Below, piece after piece: positions 12,746 through 27,994 of a stretch of 64,000 bases of DNA (positions are counted from its first letter, which is position 1; every line of letters begins with the position of its first letter). The translations under genes were made by a program, and so were the position numbers. Under the pieces are notes generated by a model. That model did no database searches, was not told where the DNA came from, and saw only the letters and a list, made by a program, of their open reading frames with translations. Origin of the DNA: Octopus sinensis (lineage: Eukaryota); the NCBI RefSeq assembly GCF_006345805.1, contig NC_043003.1, positions 110,732,001-110,796,000 on the forward strand. Direction: 5' to 3'.

Positions 12746-14900
12746 ACCTTTCACTCATATGTATAATGATTAATATAGATAACCCCTTGAATTTTAATTA
12801 ATATAACTTCTTTTTTTATATATGTCACCCCCATAGTCATAAAAAAGTTTTTTATACTTTCAAAGAACTACTACCCAATCCAGTGAGGTTGTTGCCTTAG
12901 TCCCTCTACCTCGCCCCTCTTTCTCTCTCTATTTCCCTCTTTCTATAGTAAGCACAATCAAACACACAGACACAACCTCTCACCTCACCACTGTCTGTTT
13001 TCTGACATCTACCAATCCACATACACAATCACGCATACACATACATACACACACACATTAATGTAGTTATATACAGTCACACACACAGGCACTCATTCAC
13101 AAAAGCCACCATTCATATGACCTGCACCCTTTTACCTTCCTATTCTTTTGCCTCTCTCCTCCAACTTCGTTTGAACCTTTGAACCTTTAGAACCTTCTAG
13201 ATTCTTCTACTTTCAACCACTTTGACGTCACTCCTTATAAAGGAATATTTTAAAGAGACACACTCATTACCGCTATGGGCTCCGTGTGAACAATCATCTG
13301 AAAGTTTTTTGTGCATTTTGATGTTGACATAAGTTCCTTGCTTTTCCTGATGTGAAAGCGGCATAATGTACTGCTTATTCCTCGCAATTAGGAATATGCA
13401 GCCTTCGAAACATATGTCGAAAATAAAGGAATTTTGTTAATTCGTCGTTCAGCTCCATTCTTTCATTGAATCTACGTCCCCAAGTACGTAACTTCCAATA
13501 GTTCATATTTCGTCTTCACAAATAGAAAGTGTGGAGACGTAGATTCAATGTGTTCTTCATTCAAAGAGGTCTTGTGATGTGAATGAAAATTTGAGATTGT
13601 AGTGGTAGTGTTAAGAGGATAGAGAGGAGAGAATAAATGTGTATGTCAAAATGAAGAGAGAGGTCAAAGGAAAAGTGAGACAAGGAAGAGGAAAGAAAGA
13701 TGAAGAGAAAATGAAAAAAAAAGTATTAGAAAGTAAAAATATATAGAAAAGTGAGTGTTGTTGGTGGTCATTTTATTTAATGCCCACACCCACACATACA
13801 CACAGATATATATAAACACATGAACACACAACTCGTGCTCAAAGAAATATGGATAATTAGTATTCTCCAAGGTGAAATATTCAAGGCAACATTGTCAGGC
13901 TACTTGGAATAAAAATCTAAAAGCAGTTAGCCAGCTGCATACATACCTATACATAAATATATACTTTTGTATATGCAGATATATGTGTGTGCGTATGCTT
14001 GTGTGTTTGTGTGTATGTGAGTGTATATAGAAGGAGAATAAAGAAAAATAGAGTGGAATATATGTATATACATCTCGATCAAATATTTAATATATATATA
14101 TATATATGGATAGACAGATAAGATAGATAGTTCGAGAAAGAGATAGACAGACTGACAGGTAGATAGAAATATAGAAAAACAGACAGATATGGAAAGGGAG
14201 TTATGGTAGAGAGAGAGAGAGATGTCAGTCAAGTGATATGAAATTAATGCTTTTTGAAATAGTCTTAGTGTCAGGAACTAAATGAAATCTATTCCACAAG
14301 GAGACTCACATAATCTCAACGTGGTTGCGTAAATATGAATCTGCTTGTCACCTTAACGATCCCAGGACACGACCGGAATAATTAATGTCTAATACGTGTA
14401 GTGAACACCTTTCATTGGATCCATTCATCACGTCAATACTATTAACGTTTCGATGATAATGATTAATCGGGTAAATGAATATATATTCCAACAAAAGCTG
14501 GGAACTTAAATTGAAAACAAAGAATGCGCAAGTGCAGAGTGGAACCAAGACAAAGACAAGGGGTAAACGACAACATTTCAAATACATAAATGTAATTTCT
14601 TCTAAAACTATTTGTAATACAAGTACATTAGTTTATTTCACTGAACACTCATACCTGTCTTGTCTTTTATTTATCCAACCATTGTATTATGTAGAATATT
14701 TAGCTGTGAAATTGCATAAATCTCGTTAGGTTTCTTATACATCTTGTGTAAAGTGCATGGGTTTGTTTCAGCAGTAACCCTTGAATGGTAGTTACACGCA
14801 TAGACATAATACTAACAATACTGGCAAAGATTTTGCGGTAATACAACATAAACAAAGGACGAAATTACACCATGTCATTTACCCGTATACATATACACCA

Positions 14901-14941
<41 letters not shown>

Positions 14942-15044
14942 CTCTATATATAGATATTATATATATAGATATATATATATATATATATATATGTATATGT
15001 GTGAGTGTGTGTCCGTATGTGTGTGTATTTGTATTCAACAATCG

Positions 15045-15298
15045 ATATTATGCTCACGGCAATTCCCCTTTTAGCTTTCTAAAGATCCCACTCCACTCAT
15101 TTGATGGGCATACATACATTTTCCGTGAAGGGAAAGCCAGTCTTTAGCAGGGTTTCCATTTACAGCTGAATGGACTGGAGGTAGCTGCAAAGGAACTGTT
15201 TTGCTCACTAACACAACAAATAGCTAATAGAGTAAACATTACTTACAATTTATCGATCATAAGTGGAGCACTCTAACCGCTATGTCACGCATCCGCCA
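15045..15298 (-). mobile_element. Degenerate tRNA-derived SINE
   Basis: Reverse strand has the tRNA-like head ggcggatgcgtgacatagcggttagagtgctc and a central tccagtccattcagctgtaaatgg domain, also seen at 45175-45300. Confidence 0.55.
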
Positions 15299-15389
15299 TG
15301 CATATGTGTTTGTGTCAGTGTACATTTACATAATTATGAGTGCATGCATATACATCTATATTATACATGGAAATACGTCTCTATGAAAG

Positions 15390-15466
<77 letters not shown>

Positions 15467-15585
15467 CTCTATCTCTCTATCTCTCTCTCTTATATATATA
15501 TATATATATATAATAATATAATTGGGCTGGTATTTCTGAATGTCGGTGTGGGGTGAGCAATTCTTTGCTGAACCCTTTTTATTAG

Positions 15586-15616
<31 letters not shown>

Positions 15617-16673
15617 TATGTGTGTATGTGTTGTGTGTGTGTGGCAGGTATGCATATATATATACTTGTTATGAAATATATATCAATTCAGAACGTCTAC
15701 TGTGGTTTCACTACGTATGTGGTTATATCTATTTTATTGTATCTCGGTTTGGAAAATAATACCTTGTTGGTGAATATGAATACATGTCTTTCTGTATGTT
15801 TGTCCTTCTACATATAGATATTGTGTTGACTACCTTCTTACATAAGAAATATTTTAAATTGTATTTCCGTTAGAAATAATTTTACGTAATTTATGCTCAA
15901 CTTTATCGTAAATCTTTCAAATTTTCATATGCTTGAACATAACGTCTAAGAAACATATGCATAGAATTTGTGCCCAATGTTTCCTTTGTGATTTTGTGAC
16001 GCTCAAGGTAGTCTTTTTCCGCTTGTAGAATTATATGTTAATAGAAAGTTTTATGTATTACAGAGCTACCACTCTCTAGTTTGCCAAACCTTATGATTCA
16101 TATTTTCTAGGACATTTAGTATTAAATACGAAAGGTAAAACATTGGATGCTTCATGAGTCTACCTGTGGACCGACTGTTAATATCTTAAAAATCTGAATA
16201 GAAATGAATATCGAATGTAAATAAATGATGAATAATAATGAATAAATAATATTCTTCAGAGGCATACATCGTTTATCGTGCGTCAGTTTCAGACGAGACT
16301 AAATCAATGTAGCCGAAACGAATAGCCTAAATTTTATTGATCGTACGGACAGTCCTGTTTCGAAACAGCAATAATATAAAATGATTAAATTTTAGCATGA
16401 ATATCATTATCAGACAATACGTTCGCGCTATTTACGACCAGTGAACAATATTCGGATTTAGGTAGATTAAATGCTAATAAAAATGTGAACTTTTAAATGT
16501 AATTAGAACACATACTAAATATAAATTTATGTCACATGATTCAGTATGTACGTACGCATGCATGTATATGAATGCATGTATATATGTAAGTGAGTGAATA
16601 TTATGATTATGTGTATAAAGTATATATAGATGTATATGTTTGTATGTATATATATGTATGTATATATATATAC

Positions 16674-16750
<77 letters not shown>

Positions 16751-16866
16751 ATGATAAATATATTAATTAGAGACAAACCACTATTTTGCAAATCAAACAA
16801 GGAAAGACTTAATCAATACATAAAAATTTTTTTATATTTATTCCCTAATATTTTTTTATATATATA

Positions 16867-16934
<68 letters not shown>

Positions 16935-17622
16935 ATAGAGATATTATTACTAATAGATAATGATATACGTAGCTAGCAGCATAAAGACTATAAAAAGTTA
17001 ATTTATAAGTTTATAATTTAGGGTAGAAGATAGTACTACCGTTTCTAGAAATAAGACTCGAAAAATATTCAAAAAGCGCCACAATGTCACTTAGAATATA
17101 ACATGCTGACGAAATCTTGGAGCGAGTAAAAAGCCAACCTACTATTGCGGAGGAAAGACGCAAAAGAATTGGCAGATAAACCCATGTCACGGAATTTCGG
17201 AAACTCAGATATTACACTTAGTTCTCATCAGTGGGTCTCACTGCCTGGGATTAAAATAATACCCGCTTCATTACTGTTGTTAAAATCGTTGAAAGACTAG
17301 CGCCAGGCTTAAATGTCAGAAGTGTATAATTATACATGGATAAAGATTTTATTATTATTATCAATAAATAATAATAATATAATTGTTTATCAAATATAAA
17401 AACCCAAAGGAAAAGTTTATAAATATATAATTAAAGGTACAAGATAGAATCAGCTTTGTTAGAAATAAGACTCGTATAATATTCACATAAGCCTGAATAT
17501 CACTGAAAATTTAACAAGCTCTAGGATATCGTCATTTTCAGTGATAGTGTGGCTTATTTGAGTTTTTCCGACTTTTATTTGTAGTAATGTTGATATTGTC
17601 ATGTATACTTAAATGTATATGC

Positions 17623-17679
<57 letters not shown>

Positions 17680-18141
17680 TACATATTTATATGTACACGT
17701 ATATATATATACCTATATACATATTTATATGTACACGTATATATACACATATATATACATACATATATATGTATGTAGTATATGTAATCATACATAGATG
17801 TGTATATATATATATATATATGCATATATGTATATATGTATATCTATATATATATATATATATATAATAAATTAATAAATAAGTAAAAGATATGCATATA
17901 TACATACATATATGTACGTACCTACCTCTGCATGTATATATACATGCATATATGGGTACAGGACACCAAAAAAAAACGTCGAACACAATGAGAAACGAAA
18001 ATATATAAACACAAAAACCAAGGAAATGGACATTTTTTTAAAACAACGAAAAAATAGAGTACAGGACATACAAAACAAAGAAATTTCCCTTCTTCTTCAG
18101 TCGCCTAAATTTCATCTACTCCACAAATTCGAAGGTCATAC

Positions 18142-18186
<45 letters not shown>

Positions 18187-18237
18187 CTAATATATATATG
18201 TATATATAGATATATATATATATAATATGCATGTATG

Positions 18238-18282
<45 letters not shown>

Positions 18283-18383
18283 CTCTCTCGTCTCTCTCTC
18301 TATATATATATCTATGTTTATATATATATATATATATAATTATATATATATATATTTATATATATATATATTATATATATATT

Positions 18384-18449
<66 letters not shown>

Positions 18450-18453
18450 GTTT

Positions 18454-18484
<31 letters not shown>

Positions 18485-18487
18485 ATT

Positions 18488-18518
<31 letters not shown>

Positions 18519-18546
18519 TATATATATTTAATTATATATATATATT

Positions 18547-18586
<40 letters not shown>

Positions 18587-18846
18587 CTATATATATATAT
18601 ATAATATATATATATATATATTTATAAATATATTTCATGTCGAATACTGCATAAATATATAAATGTCCTCAGACGACCAAATAACATTTGTTCGCCAGTC
18701 TATGCGTTTGTTTTATTCAATGAACACACTCGAAGACGCTTACGCACTCACACAAAACAATTCACATATATATATACACACATAAACGCATACGTACACA
18801 TACAAATGTATATATACAGATATCAAGTTATATAAATACGTATATG

Positions 18847-19646
18847 CAGGCTTGGATTGGTAAATTGTCGCCATTTTATATCTTTAATTTAGCGCATGCG
18901 CATTGTTTGTACAGTAAGTTGGGCACCGTCTGTGAGAAAAAGAAGCACCTCACGCAATTCACTGTCAGAAATTTGGAAACGCCATGCTGTACCGCTTGAT
19001 ATTTTCGTCGGAATCTCCAGTAGAGACGTGTACGAATACGGTCAAGTAACGACAGTAATGAAAATCAAGCATCCACTCCATATTATGGTGTTTGGAGTGA
19101 TCACTACTTATGGCGACTTAATGCCTCCATTCATCTTCTCACACGGCCTCAGATTAAACAGGGAGGCTTAGATCAAGTGCCTGGTGATGGTACTGCTGGC
19201 TTGGGTCAAGTGAATGGCTGCTGCAAGACCCTATTTTTGGCAACAGCATTCTGCACTGTACCACACAAGGAGGAGGACACATTGATGGTTGTCAGATAAT
19301 CTCTGCGACTATATCACCCGTGCATCTGGCCGCTTAACTCCCAAACTGCAACCACATTAATTATTATCTGTGGGGTGGAGTGAGACCAACAAAACTCCTT
19401 GTAACGCCAAAGAAGAACTGAAGACAAGGATTATGGCAGCATTCACCACCATAAACAATGAGACCGTCCATAAGATTTCCAGGTAATCCCGAAGTCAACT
19501 AGAGACCACAGTTCAAGCCAATGCTGATTTTATTGAAGAATTCAAGATATTTTTATGACATTTTGGTAAACATACCTGTTAAATGAGATGTCAAAGTCAT
19601 TTTCATTTCTGCGTAATTTAGACGACAGTGTTTTCACTGCACCCTG
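18847..19646 (+). mobile_element. Tc1/mariner (DD37D/maT-like) element, internally deleted
   Basis: MVFGVITTYGDLMPPFIFSHGLRLNREA, then QQHSALYH and ...NPLIII, are decayed versions of the QDSAPCH and PPNSPDCNPLDY catalytic motifs. The right end is accctgTA and there is a degenerate left TIR. Confidence 0.8.
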
Positions 19647-19669
19647 TATATATATATATATATATATAT

Positions 19670-21178
19670 GAATTCATATTTGAAGCACACTAAGATTAAC
19701 ATTACTTTCAAACAGGCAAATCGAATTTGTACCTTAGTATCAGAAACATCCAATCGTGTACAATGTCTAGAGGAACTAAAGGGCACACTTATCCAAAGAG
19801 CCATCCGTCCTGGCATAATCACCAACGGATAAACAAGGCAAAATAAATGGATATCAAGGAACTTAGGAAAAAAAAACAAAAATGTCTTACCATTTGTGCC
19901 AAACATAAATCCCATAAATACCGAACTATTTGATCATATCCCCAACAATTACCCCTTTTAATTTACAAATAAATAATGGGGAAAATCTTAGAAAAACCAC
20001 AAACCATCAAAAGCAAAGGGCAGACCGAAATGCTAAAACCAACCTCACTGGGGCAAAAGCGCTCAAAGAAACCCTCAGATCAACTGTCACAAAATGCGGA
20101 AGAACAAACTGCGGCTCTTGCCGTTACCTAATAGAGGGACTAGAATCTGTATTCCAGGCCGGCCAAACCCTCAATGTTAAATCGAATATCACCAACAACA
20201 CAGAAAAGCTAATCTACGCAATCAAATGCAATGTTGCCAACATAATTACATGTCAGGCGGGTAGATCGCTACGCAACACAATGGCGACCCTTGGCCCGAA
20301 TAAACGGGACAATTCCTTTAAGCAGTCACATTGCAACCTATGCAGGAATGGACCTACACAATTTCAAAATCTTTCCCCACTACAAGTGGCTTAGATCCTT
20401 TCAACCAACAACAACGAAAGACAATTTATTAACAAGTACAAACTATGATCGAATATACATATATATATATGCCTGCACACACACAGACACACACAGAGAC
20501 ACACACAGACACACACACTCACATCCAAACAAGAAAACAACGCAAAAAACACATAGATACACACAAACGCACATTCACTGACACTCACACACATACATAC
20601 ATACATACAAAAGAAAACATCACGAACATGCACACGCATACACAAATGTGAAGACTCTCAAAAGAAGACATCGCAAAAAGAAGGACATTTTTAATTCCCG
20701 TTTTTTAACAAGACATTTATGACAACATATACAACCATCAACACACAACTGTCACATTCCGAACATATTGAAAAGAGATTCAACAGAATTCACGCTCATA
20801 CACACACACACAGCTGGATATAAAACCCATTCAATAAATGCTTTTAAGCCACTCCCTCGACAGGAACCCAGAGATTTTTTAGACAACACACAACTACACT
20901 CCATCTCTTTCTCGTAACACCTTGAACTCTATGCCATCTATGCTTAAAGAAAACTTGGACGAAAACCTCCAGAGATATTTTAACCACCGAAGAGAAGATA
21001 AACTACTTTTACTTCAATTTTGTATAATTTTTTTTTGTTATTTGAAATGAAATTCATCACCGAAACCGGTAATATTTTATATTTTTTTAGATAATTTTAA
21101 AATCATTTTATTAAATTCTTTCTAAATTGAAATGTCTTAGATTTATTACTTCTGTGCTGTTTCTACCTCTAGCTGCCA
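19670..21178 (+). mobile_element. 5'-truncated PLE (RT C-terminus, Cys linker, GIY-YIG, 3' terminal region)
   Basis: LPFVPNINP, KCGRTNCGSCRYLIEG and KLIYAIKCN, plus a degenerate HHR at 21039-21073. Both flanks are (TA)n. Confidence 0.75.
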
Positions 21179-21795
21179 TATATATATATATATATATTTA
21201 TATATTATGTATGTTTATATATGTATAATATTTATACATTATGTCTATATATTTATGTTTGTGCATATATATATATATGTGGGTATATATGTATGTATCT
21301 GAGTGCGTGTTTGAACGTGCATGTGTGCATTTGTGAGTATGTATATACGACGCCAGTTTTATCGACTGAATATGGTATTTTGGTAACATAAGCACTAGTT
21401 ATGAAACTAATGTGGGTGACAACCAATTGCAATGGGGAAATGCTAAACCGAAATTTCTCGAATGCAATTGAAATTTTAATGAAAGGAAGATAAATAGGAC
21501 AGCACACATTTCCAATTTCTTTTCTTATGTCTGAGTGAAGTCAAATGGCGCCATGCGTAGTGGATACTCTATCAGGCATTATTATAGACAAGTAGTAATT
21601 AGGTTTAACTCTAGAAGAGAATAAGTGAATGGAGGAGCGGATAAAGGAGAAAGAGGAGAACAAAATTCAAACTAAAACAAAGTTGAACATGATACCTGCG
21701 CACCCACACCTACTTCTACATACGTTCACATTCACACCCTCACCAATACATTTATACTCACACGCACGCACACACACATAAATGTATGTATATTT

Positions 21796-21841
<46 letters not shown>

Positions 21842-22625
21842 CACTTGGACTTTACTATTTCCGAGGTTACGCTCGCTGTGAAGCGTATGTAGCCAATATC
21901 TTCCCTACGCATTCCGTAACTCTTGTATGTATATATGTATATACATATATACATATATACATATATATGTGTGTGTGTGTTTGTGTCTCTTTACGGGTAT
22001 GAGTATATAGACACTCATACACATCTATATATGCAAAAAAATATTCATACATAAAATATGTATGCATCTATGTATGTATATGCATATGAACGTATACTAC
22101 ATTAGTCATCACATTAAAGGGAATATTTGGAATTCCTTCTCACGTTATTTCGTAAGTAACTTGAAACTAATTTAATCAATCGTAATTCTTTAAATCAGCG
22201 GTAAGTGGTACGAGTATTTGACTTACTCCATAATGAGTTTGAAATTATGTACTCATCTATTCACGTATACATATAAAATTTAAACTGTAATGTTGAGGCA
22301 AGTTTAAATACACTACATTAGCCTATTTTTCTGACGCACAGAAAACGTTTTCATAAATGTAGAAAGCATACTAAGGGTATTAACCTGTATGAAAACCCAA
22401 AAGCTCAGTTATGAAGTCTACAATAAGGAAATATTGCGGAAAAGGAGGAGATAGGGAATACAGAGGGAAATAAAAAATGAAAGTAAAAATAAAATGTAAA
22501 ACATCGTAGTACAATTTTTTCTAATTTCATTCTCTTATTTCCCAATATATTCCCTATCTCGGCCTTTTCCAAAATAATTCCTTATTTCGAATTCATGCAT
22601 TTACCTCTATTTTACCATCTCACAT

Positions 22626-22676
22626 AGACTCTGATGAAGGGATATCCATAATATCCCAGCAACAGCTGTAAGGCTG
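22626..22676 (+). ncRNA. Hammerhead ribozyme motif with GAAA>GCAA lesion
   Basis: agact-CTGATGA-a-gggatat ccata atatccc-a-GCAA-cagctg-TA-aggct: 7-bp stem II and palindromic CAGCTG stem III. Confidence 0.6.
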
Positions 22677-22768
22677 TAGCTACATCTCTTTCCTTATAAA
22701 TGCCCTGCAAACTCCTCAGAGTCTTACCTTTGTATCACTTTTTGTCTAATACATACATACATATATAA

Positions 22769-22873
<105 letters not shown>

Positions 22874-23599
22874 TGTGTTTATACATGCTAATACATGACC
22901 TACTTTAAATCCTCACTGATTCACTATCGAAGTTTGCCAACAGAAACTTGTAACAAGTGCTAAAGGAACCAAGGAAATCCTTGTGCTATGGGGATAGATA
23001 TTTCGATGAAAATTGAACGCAAATCAGAAAGAAACGTCAGACACCTGTCATAATCGTGGAGAAGCTGATGTAGCAGACACCTGAGATAGAATCAAGAAGG
23101 AAACGAGAAATGTCAAACAGAATTTTTTTTTAAATGCGTGGAATTTATAAGGTAGATTTCAAGCAACGATGTGTCCAATTCTTTCCCAAATTATGAATTC
23201 TGACGAGATGAGATTGAGTGGTAAGACATCCGCTTTTCAAGCACATCGTTTTATGATTCGTCCCATGAACAGAGAAGAAAATACTAATAAGTTATGTATA
23301 CTAAAATCGTGAAGTAAATATCTCTCAAAGGGCTTTTGTACGTTCCCAGAGAATATTACCCTCAGGAGCGCTAGTATTAGTATATTCGTGAATAATTCAC
23401 TATCTGGAATAAGTGGATCTATTGTTTAAGAGTTGTACTGGATAAATTGCGAAAATAACTCTAACAGTTCAAATACTAAGAAATAGGCAATTTCAATTTC
23501 ATTTTTACCAAATAATTTAAGAACATGAATGGGTTATTCCACTCGGTTTTTAAAGTAAAATATATTAGATTATATAAGGATCCCTTCCAGTGAGCCTTA

Positions 23600-23760
23600 T
23601 TATCGATTTTTTCAACAATCTCAGTATGCCATAATCTTTCCAGTTATAAGTTCTACTCACGTGCCAAGTTTCATCGAAATCGATTAAACTATGTAGGAGG
23701 AGTTATCTATCAACTCCACAAACACACACACTGACAGAATTTTCCACATATGTAGTAGAT
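23600..23760 (+). mobile_element. Possible Helitron/HINE-type non-autonomous element 3' end
   Basis: gtgccaagtttcatcgaaatcg...acacacacactgacagaatttcc...tagtagat resembles 3' ends of invertebrate non-autonomous Helitrons. Confidence 0.35.
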
Positions 23761-24098
23761 ATATATGCATGAGGCCTTGGGATATTTTTGTAAGTGTCTC
23801 ATTTATAACCACATATTAACTTATCACACATGGCTAATATGAGCATAATGAGATACCCATATCTGCATGGCTGAAACGGCTGTAAGATGTAGTTTATATT
23901 TATATTTGTATTTATTTATATTCACTTATACATACTGTACTTATTGTATCATATTACTTATTGATGTACATTGTTTTGTTCTATACTTAATGCTCATATG
24001 TAGTGATTTAATAAATTATGTGATTGGGTATTATCTGGTAGTTGATTATTGATTAAGGTGTATTTCTCCATTTTCTTATTTTGTATATATACACACAC

Positions 24099-24151
<53 letters not shown>

Positions 24152-24384
24152 TCGGATGCATATATGTGTGTGTATATGTTTGTGTGTATGTTTGCGTGTG
24201 AATGCGTTTTGAGAATAGTTTGAAATATTTGCTCGAAAGATGAAATCTAAAAGCTATAGTGAAGCCAATTATATTTGCTGTTTTCTTGAACCATCTAAGA
24301 TAGTAAAAAAACTGTATGGATGTCTTTTTTCTTAAAATACATTTTACTTACACTAGATTTTATATATCCTATATGGTACTCCAT

Positions 24385-24692
24385 CACTTATGGTGACGAG
24401 TATTCCAGTTAATTCGATCAACGGAACAGCTTACTCGGGATATTAATATGCCAGTGGCTCCGTACTCTAAATACATGAATATCCTTAACTTACTTTTCAA
24501 GGAGATACACTGTGATACAGAATGTGGCAGGGCTGGCACTTTGTAATACATGTACTACTCAGTTTTGCAAGGTTGATTAGGGCAGTGCAAAAATAAAGTT
24601 TCTTGTTCAAGAACACAAGGTGCTGCTGCATATCGAACTCAAAACCTTGCGATTGTGGGCCGAATACTCTACCACAAACCCACGTGCCTTCA
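24385..24692 (-). mobile_element. Degenerate tRNA-derived SINE related to the 9159 family
   Basis: Shares gatcaacggaacagc and the downstream body with 9159-9547 and 45430-45732. Confidence 0.65.
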
Positions 24693-26540
24693 GATATGTT
24701 TTGCTACGGGATCACAAGTTTTGCTCGTTCTCCGGAGCAAAGTTTCATTCTAATTATTGTTGATCTACGAGAAGCACTATTCTTCCTTAACTAATATGTT
24801 AGAAAAGGAAAAATCCGTTCATATTATATTTATATTATTGGCAGAAATTTGTAAATACATGTTCGATAAATGAATACATTTATAAATATTAATCGTTTCT
24901 CCTATAATTATTAGTAAATTTTTGAACTGTACCAAACACGACTCAACACACATTTTCTAAATACCACATAATATGTAGAGTTTATACGATATGAATAGTG
25001 TTAATATTCATACGATATAAATATTTCTTAATATTCACTTCTTTTTGTTTAGAAACTAAATATTTGTAAGAAATTGTAAAATGTAAATACTGACCGACAT
25101 GTTATAAATGGTGAATGATGCGTAAATATTGAATATTTAATAAGACACGATTCTATATAATGATGAAGCCTTTCAGTTCTGATGTAGTTTTAGCAATAAT
25201 AATTCTGAACATTATAATTTCATATTTAGTATCCTCTGATTCTTAGTTTCCTTATAGCTTCTACGTATATAATATAAATATGTGTACATACTGCTGGTAT
25301 AATAAAGCTGGTGGTTGGCTCCGATGTCTAATTACGAGAGACACAATTCTCTCCGTTTAGGATATCTGTCTAGTATAACGTACTAAGATCTGTTATCCAT
25401 GACATCCAGAGAACGAAATTGGATATTTCTAATTATATCGCCTGCCCAGTCCGACCAAACATATAGAGCGTGCCATGGAAACTAAAATCTCGTGAAATAA
25501 GCTCAGTACAAACTACGCTGTTAATTATAGGTAACTCATTTTCGTCTATAAATTCTAATCATTTGCTGCAACTTTCTGCCCAAGCCAAGCCACCATTTAA
25601 GTATTACCGATTTTAAAGAAATATTTCTATTGTCTTAACTAAAAGCAATTTTGTTTCTTTTTTCTTTTGGAATTGAAATGCTAGTGTTTATCGTAATCTA
25701 AATCTTATTCTATACTTAATCTACAATATTATTTTAAATAAAATCATTGAATTTCAGTTAAGGAATATATCATTCCTAACATTATAAGATTCGCTATTGT
25801 TAAGTGCACAACGAGTATCCATAAATCTGTAAGAAAAAATGCATATTGTTGTACCAGAATAGGGAATGAAATTTACTGTAGTGTTCATAACATCTTTTTT
25901 TTTTATTTGGTGATACATTTCATTAATATTTCTCAAAATGTGTGTGTGTGTAGATAAATAAGAATCATTCATTATTTCACCAAATATATCAGAATAACTT
26001 ACAGGAGCCATGCAACACCCACACCCACAAACACAAGCACACACACCTCTATGACAGGTATTTAATAAGACAGTTGCTTATATTTAGAAGGTTACACGCC
26101 AAGATCACCATTATATGAAGCAAAGAATCTGTCGTATCTGCTGCTATTTAGATAATAAAATGTGGTCTTTGGGGGTCATACTGGATCCCAATGGCCTTCT
26201 GTGAAATTATTTTTCTTGTTCTTTTTTCAGATATTCTGATGAGCTACAAGTCAATTTTCTCCGTATTTGTACTGACATTAATCGATAAAATTTTTGCTAT
26301 TATTCTTTTTTTATGCTTTATTTAGTGCTATATGTATAGTTTATAAAGCTATAAAATAAATGCTAAATTTTATGTTCTGTATCATACACAAACATTACTT
26401 TATAGATAGTGCGGAAATGCGCAAAATTAAAAGGGGACACCAATAACCTTTTGTGTAATTCCAACACTGCTGGCCCACGAAGGGTTAATATATATCTGTT
26501 CTGACACCTGAATAGTTTAGCATCATTCCTACTGTATAAA

Positions 26541-26735
26541 GTGAGCTAGCAGAAACGTTAGCACGCCGAACAAAACGATTAGTGGTATTTCGTCCGTCTG
26601 TATGTTCACCGAGGTCGGCTTTGCTTTTCCTTTTTAGGGAGCGATAAAATAATTACCAGTTGAACACTGGAGTCAATGTAATCTACTTATTCCCTCCCAT
26701 GAAATTACCGGCCTTGTGACAAAATTTGAAACCAT
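26541..26735 (+). mobile_element. SINE (gagctggcagaaacgttagcacgcc family; Meta/Sauria-like core)
   Basis: Head gtgagctagcagaaacgttagcacgccg and core gaggtcggctttgcttttcc...gataaaataattaccag. Confidence 0.7.
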
Positions 26736-27994
26736 CTGAAACCATTACCCGGACTATATATAATTACCTATTATACAGAAAAGAGTGTTGGTGGCACTTC
26801 AAAGCATAGGTCTAATTTCCATAAGATATTTATTTATTTTCTCTTTCTGTTTCTGATAACAGCCTACTGTTACTAAATCCGGATTCTTGTCAAAGCAAGA
26901 ATCCAATTCCTTTCAGGTATAAATCATACAGACTGAAAATGTATTTTTATATTCATTTCCTCTCACAACCTCCTGACTCATATAATATCTGCATATGTCA
27001 AAATAGTACTAGTAACATAATACGGCAAACCAATAGACGATACTACTTCCTGTACATAAAGAAAAATAGACGCACACCTAAAGAAAAGTTATACATAATT
27101 TCGTATGCGAATCTGAATGAATGTCGATGGATAACAATGAAGAATTGTATTTGTTGCAGAGTTTGTGTTTATCATTCCAAACTGTATTTGGTATCATTTA
27201 TGCTTTTTCAGAAATGAAGTTAGATAAGCGAGAATCATTATTTGATAATACATTCAAAGCGTCTGAATGCATTGCTTCTGCCATAGAAGAGATATATTTC
27301 TAGAGAAGAGCGGCAAGTATAAAACTCCATTGGTCATATGTGATGGTGAAAAGTATGTTAGAATGAACTGTGAATGAAGCGTTCGTTAAGAATTCAACGC
27401 TACACACTATTTCTGTTTACACTGTTTACACACTATCACTGTTACTGTTTAATCCCAGAACATCAGAAATTGGACTATGATGATATGTGCTCCAGTAAGA
27501 GATAATCTATCTCTCGCCAAGGCATTTACCCAGTGATAAAATTCTAAGTTCATCCAATACGAACTTGTTTTTTAGACTGTAGTTTCAAACTTTAGACAGA
27601 TCTGATTTCTAATTTTAGTGAGCAATACTACCCTCAAGCCGGTACTTTTTTACATAATGACTTACTAATAATTACATTAACTCATCAACAATTCATTTTC
27701 TTGTCCAACATCCTTTCACTTAGCATTTCTTTACAACATCGGCCAGTACCTATAATGTTGGAAATTAACAAAGTAGCACATGATAAATATAACTGCAATT
27801 CTGACAGCGAAATTATTCCTTCTAACGCAAGTGCTTTTAAATATATTAAGATACAGGGTAGACCACAAGTTACGCACAAAATAAGCTCGGTACGTTTCAG
27901 AATTGTCAAAGACATGCTTCAATTCTTCTGAAATTAAGTAAAGATGAATACATACGTACTTGTACGTGTTAATGAAATTGAATACCAACAACAG

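Noticed and set aside
14348-14587. Minus-strand ORF ending LDINYSGRVLG, superficially like the GABA-B DFNY..LG segment
   Set aside because: No YAYDG.W motif upstream, no FxGV(T/S) end and no good donor in the required phase.
16286-16325. HHR-like cagacga-gact...agcc-gaaacg
   Set aside because: The core has a U4A change, stem II is mismatched and there is no cleavage triplet or stem I partner; too degenerate to call.
26881-26904. Short hairpins such as ggattcttg/caagaatcc and the 12-bp IR at about 17499-17546
   Set aside because: Too short to be significant in 64 kb of AT-rich sequence.
27685-27991. Overlapping hydrophobic ORFs of 76-86 aa with a minus-strand acceptor
   Set aside because: No recognisable family motif and no matching donor; compatible with chance in AT-rich DNA.
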